Position numbers and translations under genes: made by a program. This document shows, one piece after another, positions 42,615-56,885 of a stretch of 64,000 nucleotides of DNA. The number at the start of each line of letters is the position of its first letter. The stretch's first letter is position 1. Origin of the DNA: Nemertoderma westbladi (taxonomy: Eukaryota; Animalia; Xenacoelomorpha). Below the pieces are notes generated by a model that saw nothing but the letters and a program-made list of their open reading frames with translations, was not told the origin of the DNA and ran no database searches. The stretch is taken from contig JAUCBJ010000765.1 of NCBI GenBank assembly GCA_032718475.1, positions 1 through 64,000 on the forward strand, given 5' to 3'.

Positions 42615-43651
42615 CCACCAACGAATCACTTTAAGGTTGAAGAATGAAGTTTTTCTTAATAATTGGTTCAAACGCCCATATGAATAATACCAGGTTTTCA
42701 CTTTTCGGACGAAATTTTATTGTAATTGTATATCTGAAGAATTTTAATTTTTTTAATTTCTCAATACAATATTAAGTATTATATACTATATAGCACCAAG
42801 GACAAGTTAACTAAAGGACTGGCACAGCCAGAGTCCAGGCCCGCTTGAGGGACCATTGATTACAGTAGTAACTGTAATCAACTATAGAGTTGTTTGTAGA
42901 ACTATAGAGTTGTCCTTGTATCGTATTTCTATCTTTTAAACACCTTTATCAAACGCGTGTAGCTAAAGAATGGAAGCGAAAATACAATTTCTGACTCACC
43001 CAGTAAGGAGGAGGGAGGTGAAACTATCCAACATGTTTCAAATTTCATACCTTTCATACCACACCTTCGCCTTCGCGGCTGAACTATTTCTTCCCAACCC
43101 AACCCCGACCATCCCTTTGTGGCCGAACCATTCCAAACCACCCCACCACCGAACCATATGCCATACGCGGGCGATGACTGACTAATTCAAGACATTTCTT
43201 AGTTCAGATCTTTAGTTTTAGATAATTTTTATTTGATTATTATAATGATAAATTCAAAGCGCAATATTTTGGCAAAATAATGATACTGGTATACTTTCGA
43301 CTAATTTACCTATATGGTACTGTGTACTGTGGTACTCAATGCAACAAAAATAATACAATAATTACTAAATTAAGTTTTTTAGTTAAAATGCCCCCCCCCC
43401 CCCCCCCCCCCCTCCCCTGGATACTCCCATGCTGTAAAACATTACATTCAATTGTACAAACCTTTCTTATCTGTACGTAAATCCTTTACTTAATTGATGA
43501 TTCCCTATGTAAAACCAAGACAATAGATTAGCCGTAACGCGACTTTTTGAGTAGACGTACCGCGACTTTCAAAGTCGCGTTACGGCTACTCAGAAAATTA
43601 GCCGTAACGCGACTTTCCGTGACGCGACATTAGCCGTACCGCCACTGCGCC

Positions 43652-44302
43652 AATCATTGTGTTAAAGTTTCAGAATAGTAACTTTATAAATAAAATAAAT
43701 ACTGTAGATTTGTGATAAGGGTCCCATTAATATATTAAAAATTAAAGCTTGAGAAATTCTACCAAAACCATTACACTTTTTATAGCAAAGGTTTTATAGG
43801 CATAGCATAATATGCCGTTTAGTAATTATTATTATTCATTTATTCCAGACATACTATGTCCATAGTAAAAATAGGTAATTAATAAATTATACATACACAA
43901 TACACGGTAACAGCACAAAACCATAAAATTATTAAGATAAGTATGTAATGTAGGCCTACCTTACTTGTATAGTATTTCCGACAATAAGTAAGTATAATAT
44001 TGTATAATTATTTAAATTCACAAAAGTATTCGACAAAAGTAATGTTACAATTCTTGATGAAAACTATTTTTGCAAAGTACTTATTATTAAAGTAGGCCTA
44101 CTTAGTACTAATTTCAGTATTTGCACGCAGTCATCCAACAAAAATACTTTATACTTCCTTAGCAACATTTTCACAATTTCAGTTGTTTGTAGCAGCGTTT
44201 TCTTTTGAAAGGGTTTGCGGAAAAATATCGATTTTCGAACAATTTTAGAAAATTACTAAAATGTGCCTTATGGCCACCCACCATTGGCTTAATCCGGCAC
44301 TG
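43652..44302. mobile_element. Partial second copy (right end) of the same hAT element
   Basis: Homologous to about 42198-42614, ends in TTAATCCGGCACTG; contains an AT-rich insert. Confidence 0.8.
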
Positions 44303-45229
44303 ATTTTTAATTCATTTTGTCGATAGGCCTATCGCATCAAGGCACTAATGTTGACTTGTGCCGGACTTCACATTTTCTGCAATATCTCAAAAACTATTCG
44401 CTCTATGCTTGTTTTGATGGTGTCTACACCAGTCAGCCAGTACACCAACTAAATCGTTCATTGCAGTTCTAATCAGCATAATATCAATGCAGTAGGAAAA
44501 CTAGAAGTTGATCATCACAAAAATTGGGAATATGACTCACTTGCGCCAAATGGCCTGATGGCGGGAACTGGCCATGTGCTTAGTGTGAGTGTGGGTGGAC
44601 CCTCCAGACATTGTTCAATTTTCATAAAATCTGGCATGGAACACTGTTTTGGAGAGTGTAACAAAATAAAGACATGAAGAAACTGTAGACCTACCATTTA
44701 TTGGGGGAAAAATCACATTCACCTGAATGGGGTCAAAAACGACCCCAGGTGGTGGAAGTGGCACTTTTACCACTGTTGACTGTGTACATAGGCTGATAGG
44801 TCAGTAGGTGGGTTAAAAAACCTAAAAAAAACCTGTGCTAAAAAACCTAACAGTCAGACAGTACTTTGCCAGCCATGGTTCTGTCGTCTCGTAGTTACCT
44901 TCTTTTTTTTGTCTGTATTGCAGTATTGTCTGATTGTGTATTTACAGTATTACCGACCGGTACTGCATACTGCGTAGGCCTACTGCTGTACTGTCTGACT
45001 GTATTACAGTATTCAGGTATTACAGTATTAGCAATTCGTACGGTAGGGTCAGAGGGTAGGGTACCACTACTGCACTAGGCAGCTAGGTCTGTTCTGTAGG
45101 TAGGCGTAGGGCCTAGCCTATTGAATATTTATTGCAAACATTACAGCATTAGGCAGTTAGCAGGTTAGGCCTACCTACACCAAAAAAATTGCTGAATTGT
45201 ACCGTGAAATTAGCTTCCCCTACTGAATT

Positions 45230-47176
45230 ATGGGTTGTTGTGCAAGTCTATCTGACGATTCTAATGGCGATTCGCCTATCCGTCGAAGCGGGAGCAGCCG
45301 GGGTACGAGTTTAAAGCGAACCGCTTCCCGACGTAGTGAATCAGTTAAACTCGGTTGGATCCCCGTCGTTAAGCGCAGCTGCACCGACGTAATCGCCCTA
45401 GTTATATACATTCTCTTCGGGATTGGCATTCTCGCAATCACCTGCTACAGCTTCTGGTACGGTGACGCTTGGCGTCTCGCCTACGGTTACGATTCCTGGG
45501 GCAACGTCTGTGGTCGAACCAACAAACCAATCCCATTCGTAGAGCTCAGCGGTAGGGACATGACCAATTACAAGTACGTATTTTTTCTCAACACAGATAA
45601 CCCACTAAATTCCAAGGAGATCTGCGTTAGCAAATGCCCCACTGTTAATATTTCATCGTACGATGAGATGGAACAGTACGAGAAGAACGGTGGGGATAAC
45701 CTCTGCCGTTACGATAAATCCGCAGCCGATGCTAAAACCAACGGGGGAATTTGCGCGAAGATCCCTGTTCGTCCTACCCTGATGTTAATGAACCGATGCT
45801 TCCCTAAGTTCACTGATTTTATCTCCATTAGCAACGCCTCCGATGTGTTTCATCGTATTTTTAACACCCTCGCCACTCACCATTGGATAATATTCTCCCT
45901 GATGGGTATCGGGCTATTGCTGTCTCTCGTTATGGTATTCATTATTCGCTATCTCGCGTCCGTTATCATCTTCCTCGTTATGATTCTCGCGGGCGTTGCC
46001 AGCATTGGGGCCACCGCCGCTCTGTGGTACGCTTATTCGGTGTACAACCGGAAACTTGTAGACCTTCGTGCAGAAACAAACAGCAGTTATACAACCGCAT
46101 TCCTAGTGTTCGCCATCCTAGCGACTATATTTACCGTGGTTCTTCTCTTAGTAATGTTAGCGTCATGTAAACGAGTTAGATTCCTTAACGCTTTGTTCAC
46201 CGAGGCTGGAATTTGTTTGTCCCACATGCCATTCCTCGTGTTCCAACCAGTGTGGACCGCGATCTGTCTGATAGTTTATTTAGCCTTCTGGGTTATGGTT
46301 ATGCTGTACTTGGCTACTTCATCCAGGGCCACCTACGATGTGAACACAGATTCCGTGCATTACAACAGCTCGAAGTCCGTTCGCTACCTCTGGTGGTACA
46401 TGATATTCGGTCTTATCTGGGTCAGCGAATTCATTCTTGCATGTCAGAATATGGTGATAGCCGGCGCGGTAAATGTTTATTATTTTACAAGGAAGAAGCG
46501 ATCAATTTCCAATCCGATACTTAAATCGATAAGTCGATTACTCTTCTTCCATCTGGGCTCGGTCGCTTTGGGTTCGCTTATCATTACGCTGGTTAAAATC
46601 CCGCGATTGGTTCTCATGTGGATCAACGCGAAGCTTGAAGGGAAAGAAAGTTGCCCTGCTAAGTTCGTATTGAAGTGCCTCATATGTTGTCTGTATTGCC
46701 TAGAGAATTGTCTCAAGTACATAGCGAGTAACGCCTACGCTATTATCGCCATCGACGGTGTCAACTTCTTTCCGGCTTGTCAGCGCGCCTTCGAGATCAT
46801 CGTAGACAACGCGTTTCGCGTCGCTACGATTAATTGTGTTGGCGATTTTGTTCTGTTTTTAGCGAAATTAATTGTAACCGGTGTTGTCGGAATGGTTGGT
46901 GTGTTGTGGTTCTCTTACTACAGTGAACACCCTGCAGTAGTTCCGGTTGTCCTGTCGTGTGTATTCGCTTTCTTTATCGCGCATTGCTTTATCTCCCTTT
47001 ACGAAACCGTTATAGATACTCTGCTCATTTGCTTCTGCGAGGATTGTAACACGAACGACGGGTCGCCTTCCAGTCAGTATTTTATGTCGAATCGTCTCAA
47101 AGATTTCGTCGACCGAGTCAATAATAAGGCGATTCCGATCGAAGGACAGGCCGCAGTCGGTGCGACAACGGTTTAA
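45230..47176 (+). CDS. SLC44A1: Choline transporter-like protein 1 (SLC44/CTL family), single coding exon, 648 aa
   Basis: MGCC N-terminus, KRSCTD, YGYDSWGNVCG, ICVSKCP, about 10 hydrophobic helices, HLGSVALGSLII, NCVGDFVLFLAK, YETVIDTLLICFCED. Confidence 0.92.
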   Translation: MGCCASLSDDSNGDSPIRRSGSSRGTSLKRTASRRSESVKLGWIPVVKRSCTDVIALVIYILFGIGILAITCYSFWYGDAWRLAYGYDSWGNVCGRTNKPIPFVELSGRDMTNYKYVFFLNTDNPLNSKEICVSKCPTVNISSYDEMEQYEKNGGDNLCRYDKSAADAKTNGGICAKIPVRPTLMLMNRCFPKFTDFISISNASDVFHRIFNTLATHHWIIFSLMGIGLLLSLVMVFIIRYLASVIIFLVMILAGVASIGATAALWYAYSVYNRKLVDLRAETNSSYTTAFLVFAILATIFTVVLLLVMLASCKRVRFLNALFTEAGICLSHMPFLVFQPVWTAICLIVYLAFWVMVMLYLATSSRATYDVNTDSVHYNSSKSVRYLWWYMIFGLIWVSEFILACQNMVIAGAVNVYYFTRKKRSISNPILKSISRLLFFHLGSVALGSLIITLVKIPRLVLMWINAKLEGKESCPAKFVLKCLICCLYCLENCLKYIASNAYAIIAIDGVNFFPACQRAFEIIVDNAFRVATINCVGDFVLFLAKLIVTGVVGMVGVLWFSYYSEHPAVVPVVLSCVFAFFIAHCFISLYETVIDTLLICFCEDCNTNDGSPSSQYFMSNRLKDFVDRVNNKAIPIEGQAAVGATTV

Positions 47177-50100
47177 ACTTGTCGGCTCTTTCGCAACGCT
47201 GCAAAAAGCTTTTTTACTGGTGGCATTCTGCGTGATGCTTTATGCGAACATTAGCTAAATGGAAAATATTTTGCGCCAAAATGATTCTTTATTATCAACG
47301 TTATACTATTCGCAGACTTCACTCGTAAATGTATTAATTGACATGTAATTCCTGTATGTGATTGGCCAACCATAATTATTTTAGAAATTGGAACATGCTA
47401 CAAAGCCAATATAGCAATAGTGCCATCTAAATCCGATTGTTTTAAATTAGGCAGCAGATTATTTTTGGGCATAAAACAGCGAGTTTTCTTTTGTAACGTA
47501 TTAAATTGATTTTTATGGCATATATGTTTGTATTATGAGAATTATTTATATATTCAATTGCATTTTTCAAAATTTGCTCCAAACATTTCTGATTTCGCAT
47601 TAGTGAAGCAATTATATACATAATGCTGGTTTTTTAAATTTATGCGGATTCTGTTTTTTGTAATAGGATGCTTCTTTGCTCTATTCCTGTCTAAACTCAC
47701 ACATTTATTTCCTTTTTGGTATGTAAAATCCCGATATATATTATGAGATAATTCCAACGTTGTGCGCACTATTCTTATTATTCTTAAAAACGGTTTCAAA
47801 CTATTTATACAGTAACTGAAATCTGAACTCACAGAAAAACTGATCGGTCCGGCGACCTCAGCTGCCTTTTGTTACAAAATACAAATTATATAAAGTTTGT
47901 ACCAATATATAATAATGTATTACACAACACACATTGGTATTATATAATAATTATTACAGTATTTATTATTGTATCTTATATAATATTGAGCAATATAATT
48001 TTATATAAAGAAATATTTAATTAAAAATTGTAAATTATTTGTTAAAGTAAAATTATTATTAATGATCTTATTTATTTTGTAACATTACCATCATATACAA
48101 ATCATGTCGGCGAAATTGATCATCAAATACTATAATATCCTTAAACTCTATGTAAAGTAAATAAAGATCCTCCAATGATTTACCTGTTTATATTTACATA
48201 GTATATATATATGACTGTGTCTGCTAACTGGCTAACTGCTACCACATGAATATATATGCATTTAACACGACTTACTTTCTATAAAACGATTAGGATATTT
48301 TATAAGAATAATAACAGGGATTTGGATGCGCACAATGTAGCTAATTCGAACCAAACCGGCATTTATTATAATAACCATTTTTAAGTTAGGAAGAATTTGA
48401 CCTCTGCAATTTTTTGCAGAATTTTATAAAAATATTTATATTCCGAACAGAATGAGCCCAAAATTAACTCTGCACGTTGAAAACTCATGAGTTATGGCCG
48501 AAATTAAGCTGCAGTATAATTATAAACATGTATTTTATTTCTACTTTTTTTAATTACTATCTATACATTTACGCGTGGGGTCGAAGATACTACGCTTTTC
48601 TATTATTCGAAGTGGCATTTATTATAATACCATGATATCTATAGCTGCGTTTTAATTAATCCGTTTGTCGTTGGTTTATCTATTATTTCGTATGATGCAG
48701 ATGCTTTATAAAATTATATTCGTTATTCGCTGGTGTATTTGTAGTAACACGCAACAATGATGGACAATACGATCTTATCAGTAAACGGTGGCTTTCATTA
48801 ATGACGTCATGATTACGTAAAGAGTTTCACATTGTTAAATCGTTATAGTCAAAATTTAGTTATATATAATTGAAACGTGATTAGTTTATAGTTCTAGAAT
48901 AATTTAACGCATTTTTGTGACAGATTAATAATTGTGCTGCTAATTCTACCCCGTTTACATGTGGGATGGTTAGGTGGTATTTTAATATATATTTATTATA
49001 GAAACTTTTTATTGTATTTGTATTGCATTTTAATTTTAAAGCGCGATCTGATGGAGTCAGTGCCTTGGACTTACACTTACATCATGGTACCGGTACAAAT
49101 GTATTATTATTGATGTATTTACAAGTTTGTGTACTTATAACTCATGGTATATGCCTGCATGTAGTCTACCTTGGATTGTGAATTAATTATTTATTATATT
49201 ATAATACTTATATGTGTGTCATTTATAATGGAAATACCAAGTCAATATTTTAACTGTAATTCATGGTGTATAGCAATTTAATATTTTAATCGGTGCCAAT
49301 TTATTGTTCCTTTTGTATAGCCGGGTCAAAATCACTAAAAGTGGCCAACTAAAACATTAGACACACCGTAACCGTACAAGGTTGCGTTTTGCAACGCTAC
49401 CTTGTCTTGTATTAATTTTATAGAATATCTGCGCCGCGAATTAGAAAAAACATAGATTTTTTAGTACACATTTTTCAGTACACTCAATGTATACTGAGTT
49501 AAAGGCATAACTATGATGTACAGGTCAAATCATAGAAACCAGGTTACAATATGAAAGAACAGGCTATCCCATGTTCGCTGACCAAATTTTAGCCAATGAC
49601 ATGTGAGTATATTCATATAGTGGTCGTTTGAAGTTATAAAGGCGGGGTGGGGTATTTCGCTTGCTGTGTCCCCTCCCTCTAAAGTCTTATTGGTTCGTTT
49701 TGAAAATGAAATTTCGCGGGCTTTTCAACCTAAACATTATAAAATAAAATATGGAGAAAGTTTATTGAAATAAGAGATAAAAAAAAACAAGCAGGAAATG
49801 TCCCCCCCCCCCCCCCCCCTGTAATGCCCCCCCCCCCCCTGTAATGCCCAACCCCCCCCCCCCCCCCCCCCCCCCCCATTACAGACTCTATACTGTCCTA
49901 GGACATGTAGCCCCTGTAATGTACTGTGGTACCACATTTTTTTATAATGTGGTACGGAAAATGGGTATAATTAATACATTACGTTACAGAGTAGAAACCC
50001 TACGAAAAGTGGTGAAATTTTAGCTCTATTGCATCCCTAGATCCGTCCCCTCCAAAGTATACGACATTTTAATCTAAACTACAGTCTATCACTTCAGTTG

Positions 50101-50454
50101 TTATAATCGCTAATTCTTTATCGCAGAGGTTTCATATTGCGAGTTCACACGCAATATGCAAGTCTCTTCTATGCATGCAATAATATTTTGTTTTGTTTGT
50201 GAGATTGTTATTAATGCAATGCTTATAAGTTGTAAATTGTTTGGCCCAATCGTGTCGTTAATTTCTGCTCGATGTTATGTAGTTGACTTGTTGCCCGTTG
50301 TTGTATTTATCGTATTGTTGAACCGATGGTGATTTTCCTTATATTTTTTATTTTTTATAAAAAGTAAAACTCCTTGCTGTGGCCTTATACACAATAATTC
50401 TCACTACAATTTGCATCCCATACCCCAACATTATCCCATGAGTTTATATTCTCC

Positions 50455-50710
50455 TTGAGTTTCTCATCCCTTTGAATTTCCCATCCTTTGGAAGTTATCA
50501 TCCTATCTGAGTTTCCGATCCCCTTGAGTTTCTCATTTGAGTTTCTCATCACATTTGAGTTTCCGATCCCCTTGAGTTTCTCATTTGAGTTTCTCATCAC
50601 ATTTGAGTTTCCGATCCCCTTGAGTTTCTCATTTGAGTTTCTCATCACATTTGAGTTCCGATCCCCTTCAATATCTCATTCCATTAGGTTTCTAATCTCA
50701 TTGAGTTTCT
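50455..50710. repeat. 48-bp minisatellite (about 3 near-perfect copies with degenerate flanks)
   Basis: TGAGTTTCCGATCCCCTTGAGTTTCTCATTTGAGTTTCTCATCACATT units. Confidence 0.9.
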
Positions 50711-53493
50711 CTTTTCTTTGGGTTTCTTATCCCCTTGGATTATTGAGTTTCTCAAATAACTTTTAATTTTATAAAAATATGTTCGAGGTATTTCTTGTTT
50801 GATTTTGTATCATTATTATGCATTTAATTTTATTCGGGTTTGATTAATAATGGTCGATGTTGATTGATTTGTTTCTTTGTTTGTAACTAATTTGTAGTAA
50901 GTAAACTGCTTTTTTCGCATTTATTTGTATTTTTGGCTGAAACAGATAGTTTGAAGCTTTTTGGCGCTCTAAGGAACTATTTTTTTTATTTGCTCCTATC
51001 AATTTGGTTTATCTATTAATATAAGTATCTATGTTGATATTTTTCCCAATCATGATAACTATTCTTTACATTTTTTAATGATTTGAATTTCTAGTGTTAA
51101 TTTTGATATTTTAATGATGTGTTACATAATTCGATGTAGAGCTGTAGCATATGTTTTACTTTGTTTGATTTTTTCAGTGCCAGCACATATAATGTTATTA
51201 CGAATATATGCTGAAATATTTATTACTTAAAAACAATTTAGCTACTGAGATCAATATATAGCAGATATGACATTAAATTATGCACCGTTGATGTGAAATA
51301 ATAAATTATGTTTACAAATATATATATATCAATAATATATACGTTGTATACAATCGGTAAAAAATATTTATTTTCTTTATTTCCACAAATATATGGAAGG
51401 GAAGCTGTGAAAGAAATGCAACTTATTTGATAAAAATGGCAGACGTTCTTCTACCGTAAAACTGAGACTCACTAGTATTGCTGTACACCTGCTATGTATT
51501 ATCAATTCTGCTGTTCTTGGAAATCCCTCGTACAGATAGTAAACTACTGGTAGGCACTTTGTTCAGTATTTCGTCTTTCTATATAGCGCAAAAGAGAATG
51601 AAACTTTAACCATTTGTCATGTCAATTAATTACATCGCTTATAAAGTCTTACGAGAAAACATAACGAAAAGGCTAATGTAATTTATCGGGATGGGCTTGC
51701 CATCTCTCGTATGGGTGTGACGAAAAAGTAACTTTTCCGTCATGACCCTTGGATGTATTCCCATGTAATAAATAGTTCCATTGATATACCCGAAATTTGG
51801 AGTTGTCTACTGGGTAGTATTCCGATATTTTTTCCTGAATAATTATGAGTTATTTTATTGACTCAACTATGCTAGTACAGTTTACAGTAGTGTCATAATC
51901 TTGTGAACTTTGCTATTTAAACCTGTTACCTTAACAACCTTTCGCCGTGCTTACTATGTACTCTCTGATGAATCTGTTTTTACAATGAATGACAGTTTGC
52001 GTTGTTATATGTGTTTAGCTTAATGTTATCTTGATTCAATCACTCAGATATTTGTTATCTGGGATGCCAGCGCCCATGCTATGTATTTCCATTAAGACCG
52101 TATATGGTCAAAGTCAAAATAAATGTTACATAAGCGAAACTTTTAAGTGAAATTTTAAATTTGACAAAATATAGGAACATTATATGCCATTCGAAAGATC
52201 TTGGCGAACTGAATTCGAATCTGGCAATGAAACATAAGACCATATAGGTAATAATATAAATTATAACATAACACTAAGTCCATATTGTCCAAAAACTGAT
52301 TTATGTAATTCACATCTACAGTTTTTATGGTATTACATGAAACACAGTTAGTACTCACAGACTACATTTAATGTAGACCATGAGCCATTATTTCTACAGA
52401 GTTTGTAGGTGGTTGCTCATGGTATTCATTAAATGTATATTTTTGTGAAGGATTTGTGTAGACCATGAACTAAATTGATTCAAAACAGCAGCAGTATATA
52501 TTAGATTAAAAATAAATTACTCAGTATTCATTTCGGAGCTCATTCTGAAGCATTATATTAGGTAAATACAAATTCAATTCATTAATTAATTTTAAACACA
52601 TTCATTAATGAATTATTACTGTATTTCCTAGGTTATTTTCACTTGGTTAAGTTCTTTAGTTTCTCATTCTAGTTATTAGGGCCTACTACCGGTACTTAAA
52701 TAGGTGTTTATTCGCATTTCGAAACCTAAAAATTTTTTATCGAAGACACTAACCTTCATAGGAAACTTATTACAAAATAGACCATTAATGCAGAAACGGC
52801 AGTGTAGGAGGATAGCTCGCGATATTGGAAAGCATACTGGTTCGCCTTTATATAATGTAGTTTAAAGTTAAACGTCCCTGCCTGTAATAACCAGTCATTT
52901 TCTCCGCAATTAACTGTTTAGTTGTTTTAGCGGACATAACAAACCATTTTCTCCGCAATGTACCCTGTAGGTGTTTTAGCGGACATAACAAGCCATTTTA
53001 TGCCGCAATACGCCAAATACTCTAAATAGAGTGTAGTTTCAGATGACGAAATCTGTCAGCTGATTTGCTGTTGATGTGGAACTTTCTTTGTTCAGGCTCG
53101 CTCGACCAATCAGAGCGATTTTCATTTTATTTGCACAGAGGCCTACGGGAAAACGCGCAATGCATTACTGTCTTTGTTTACCTTTCTGAGCCTCAGAACA
53201 TCGACTTAGAAATTATTCTGTTCTTCGGTAGAAGTTTCAGACTTTGGCCAACATTAGACAGCTTTGATTACAAGAACGTAAATCTATTATCTGGCCACCA
53301 ACTGCACCTGATGAAACATCTCTGGCCATCAACTGCAAACTAAACTCTGCACCTGGCTGCACCTACCAACTGCGGTACCGGTACTACCGATACTGCACCT
53401 GTCAACTTGTCAACCGATCACCTGCACTGTGCAACAAACTGGTCAACTGGCTGACTATCACCGCATTATTTTACTTCTGTTTACTGTCTGTTA

Positions 53494-54357
53494 GGGGCCG
53501 TCCAAGTATGACGTCAGCACTTTAGGGGGGGGAGGGGGGTTGCAGTTGGGAAAATCTGATGACGTGCTGATGAGGGGAGGGGGTCAGCCAAAATCTGACG
53601 TCAGCATGTTCATTTATAGGTGCTAGAAGAGATATAGCAGAAGAGTAAATAGTTTGCCTATTTTAATTGTTCGAAGCCCCCGAAGGCCCGTAGCACGACC
53701 TTTTGTTTCAGTTACCAGTCACCATGTTTCAGTGATTAGGACGCGTGCTACTGGGGGTACTGCGGTACTGGGGTTGGCCTGAAAATGAAACATTAAGCCT
53801 AAGCTAATGATTGTTAGAGACTGCAGTACCGGTACCTCTACCGGTTCATATAGCTTATTAATATATTATTTTTTATAAATTATATTATTATATAGCTTAT
53901 TATATAGCTTATATTATATATTAGCTTATGTTTGTTTATTATCATTCATAAACTGCTGTCGCATCAGGTACAATTATGTAAATGATAGGCTATCCTACTA
54001 CAACTCTATACCTTCCTATATAGATAAGCTATGTAACTACAGCCAGCCCCCGTGCCCGCCCCCTCCAATGCAATATAATACCTCCTTTATCCTGCTGAAT
54101 AGTTTTATTATTCTTTTGCAATATTTGATAATTTATTCTTTCTTGGCATACACTTGACTAATTTAATTCGTGATTCGACATATGATTATAAATAATCTTC
54201 ATAATATAATAGTAATAGTTTAATACAACATTTTTTTAAATCTGATTTAGGGGGGGGGGGGGGGGGGGGTCAACGCCTATCTGATGACATCTGATTTAGG
54301 GGAGGGAGGGGGTCAACATTTTGGGGAAAAGTGCAGACGTCATACTTGGACGGCCCC
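53494..54357. mobile_element. PIF/Harbinger-type MITE inside C LTR
   Basis: TIR GGGGCCGTCCAAGTATGACGTC(A/T)GCACTTTT; TTA TSD at 53491-53493 and 54358-54360; absent from B LTR. Confidence 0.92.
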
Positions 54358-55013
54358 TTATTAATGGTTATATGTTGATGGATATGTTGTTATATTTGGA
54401 GAATATCGATAAATAATCATAAAACCCCCCAATCTTCTTGATTACTAAAGGTTAGAGGGACCGGTTACCGGTAGCAATTGCGACTTACATTACAGTGGTT
54501 TTAGTGTGCATTAAATGCTATTTCATAATCCCTACATGTGTCAGTTGCTATCCTCCTTATATATGATCAAATTCAGTGACGGTCGGCAGATCAGTGTGAA
54601 ACAGTGTGAAGTCGTGTGTAGTAGTGTGACAGATAATAAAGCATCTCCTAAAGAATGCGCTATTTACGAAAATCAGTAGCCATCTCGTTGTGTTTAGTAT
54701 AAGTCATAACTCTGTTTATACTTAAAGCGCCACATCCTAAAGGAACTGTTAATATTTCCCCGAAAGTGAATAATATTGTCAGAGATTATATAGTAACGAT
54801 CAATCGAATAATACAGTAGGTCTGCAACGCAATAAGGTCAAAGCATCCGAATCCAGTCTCCCTTAACTGTGGGGGAATGATCGCGCATAGACTGGCTTCG
54901 GCTAATGTTACTTCATGTGCATTAAATAATTGTTATAGGCTAAAGTCGATTTATAAACAAGAGGACACCTAAAATTGGCAGGTTAAACTGCTAAAGGTCT
55001 GAAAGGGCGAACA

Positions 55014-55024
55014 ATAATAGATTT
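55014..55024 (+). promoter_or_regulatory. Non-tRNA primer-binding site of element C (ATAATAGATTT)
   Basis: Exact reverse complement of LTR site AAATCTATTAT at 53280-53290. Confidence 0.75.
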
Positions 55025-56885
55025 CAGATTCTTTATTGCACCGTAGGCAATAAAGTCGAAGGTACCGGTCGAACGGTAAGCTGTAGGCCTAACTGCCCAA
55101 CTAACTGCCCGAACCGGTACTTACAGGTATACATCAGTATTATTCGATTTTGATAATTATATACCGGTAGGTCTTGATATTTAATCAGGGACGGCCGCCC
55201 TGGTTTTTTATTGGGATTTTACTTATTTCTGTCAGTTTTATTTATTTGTAAGTGTAATATTGAGCAGAAGGCGTGTAAGCCTGCTCAGATTGCATAAATA
55301 ATTTGTAGGCTGGATTGTTGTCTGACTGTTGTTAAGTCTGAAGAGATTGCAGTGTGTGTAGAGTGTATGTCCGATAAAGTACTAGTTAGGAAGGTGGGGG
55401 CATCCAGTGCTGTAAGGTAAATCCCCCCCCCCCCGAAAGAATAAGTCGTACTACTCGGTTAGAACGCCTACTAACTAACCATTTCGGAGTCTGCATATAC
55501 TGTAGTTTATTTGGGCTTGATAGTAGTCTGCCAGCGTTTGGTCTGTATTTTGTTTGTGTAGTCTGCATGGGTAGCATATTTATTTATTATTCAGAGTCTA
55601 TGCGAGTATTCGCAACATACATAACTCCCTAAGTTTATTCCTACAGTAATTGTGCTTGTTATACATACCGTTATAGTTAAATTAACCCCGCTACTACATC
55701 AGGGCTGCTTGGCGTAGGTAAAGACTGGTGATTTTATGATCTAGTCACTCCAGCAGATACCGTGGTTCTTTTGGCTGTTCAAGTATTTTTAAGTGCTGGT
55801 TATTTGTAGTATAAGTATTTGTAGCTAATTTAGGGTTTAGTGTACAATACTTTCCGAAGGTAATTAGTGTGTAGGCAGTATATTTGTGTTGTAAAGTGGT
55901 TAATAGGCACGTTAGCTCTGGTTGGCTGCGGTAATTAACTTCTAGGTAAGAACACTCCGGGTACATAACGTAGTACTTATAGAGCTGTACAGCTAAAGAC
56001 TATAAGTCGTTAGACGGTGGTATTTTCTCCTATTTGTATCCTGTCCGTTGTAATAACCAGAAATTCTAACCCTTGTTAGGCTGGTTTGTAGATTTCCTGT
56101 AAAATTACCCTAAAATTTGTAAGTGTAATTTTTGTGTTTATTTAGAGATTGTAATCTCAAACTGTAATTGTAAGTAATTTGTAGTGATAAGTAACTTAGT
56201 AAAGTAGAATTATTTGTTTTAGTGTCCAACAAGTAGCACTTCACTGAGAGCGTACAGCTTCTGTGTAGTGACTCCTTACCAGAAATAATAACATTTATTT
56301 CAAATATTGTCAAAAAACCCATTATAAGGGTATATATATATTATAAATCAACTCAAACCGATTTATAAAATAGTAGACCTGTCATACATCAATTAGGTCT
56401 TAATATCAGTTAGACTACTGCTTAATAACAGTAACAAAGTAAAGAAAAGTAACCCTAAAATTCAGAAATTCAGTTATTATAAAATAATTGACATACCGGT
56501 ATTTACAATAGGGTTATTATATTTATTTCTATAAATTTAAGCTGAAATTATATACCGGTATTCTGTAATTAATTCTAGTCTATAATCATACTTATATATA
56601 CTATAAGTGTATGCTGTATACCGGTATTTATAGTAGGCTCATTATATATATTTATATAAATTTATGCTGAAATTATATATCGGTATTCTGTGACAAACCC
56701 TAGTCTGTAATAATACTTATATATATACTATAAGTGTATACCGGTATTCTAATATATTATATATATATCGCGTTATATTGACTAACGATATCGGTAATTA
56801 ATTACTAGGATTACAGTTGATACTGAATTACTAGACTTGCTTTAACTGTCGTTATAGTAGTAGGCATTCAACTGTACAATCAAAC

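Noticed and set aside
39845-43647. CAGTGGCG...CGCCACTG as the TIR pair of one large hAT element
   Set aside because: Similarity stops after 8 bp and no matching 8-bp TSD; likely ends of different fragments
49795-49880. Long poly-C/G runs (also 19368, 35452, 37127, 39891, 43391) as G-quadruplex elements
   Set aside because: Common in MITEs here, and lengths are unreliable in assemblies
47200-52800. Additional genes between CTL1 and element C
   Set aside because: AT-rich; only short ORFs without recognisable motifs
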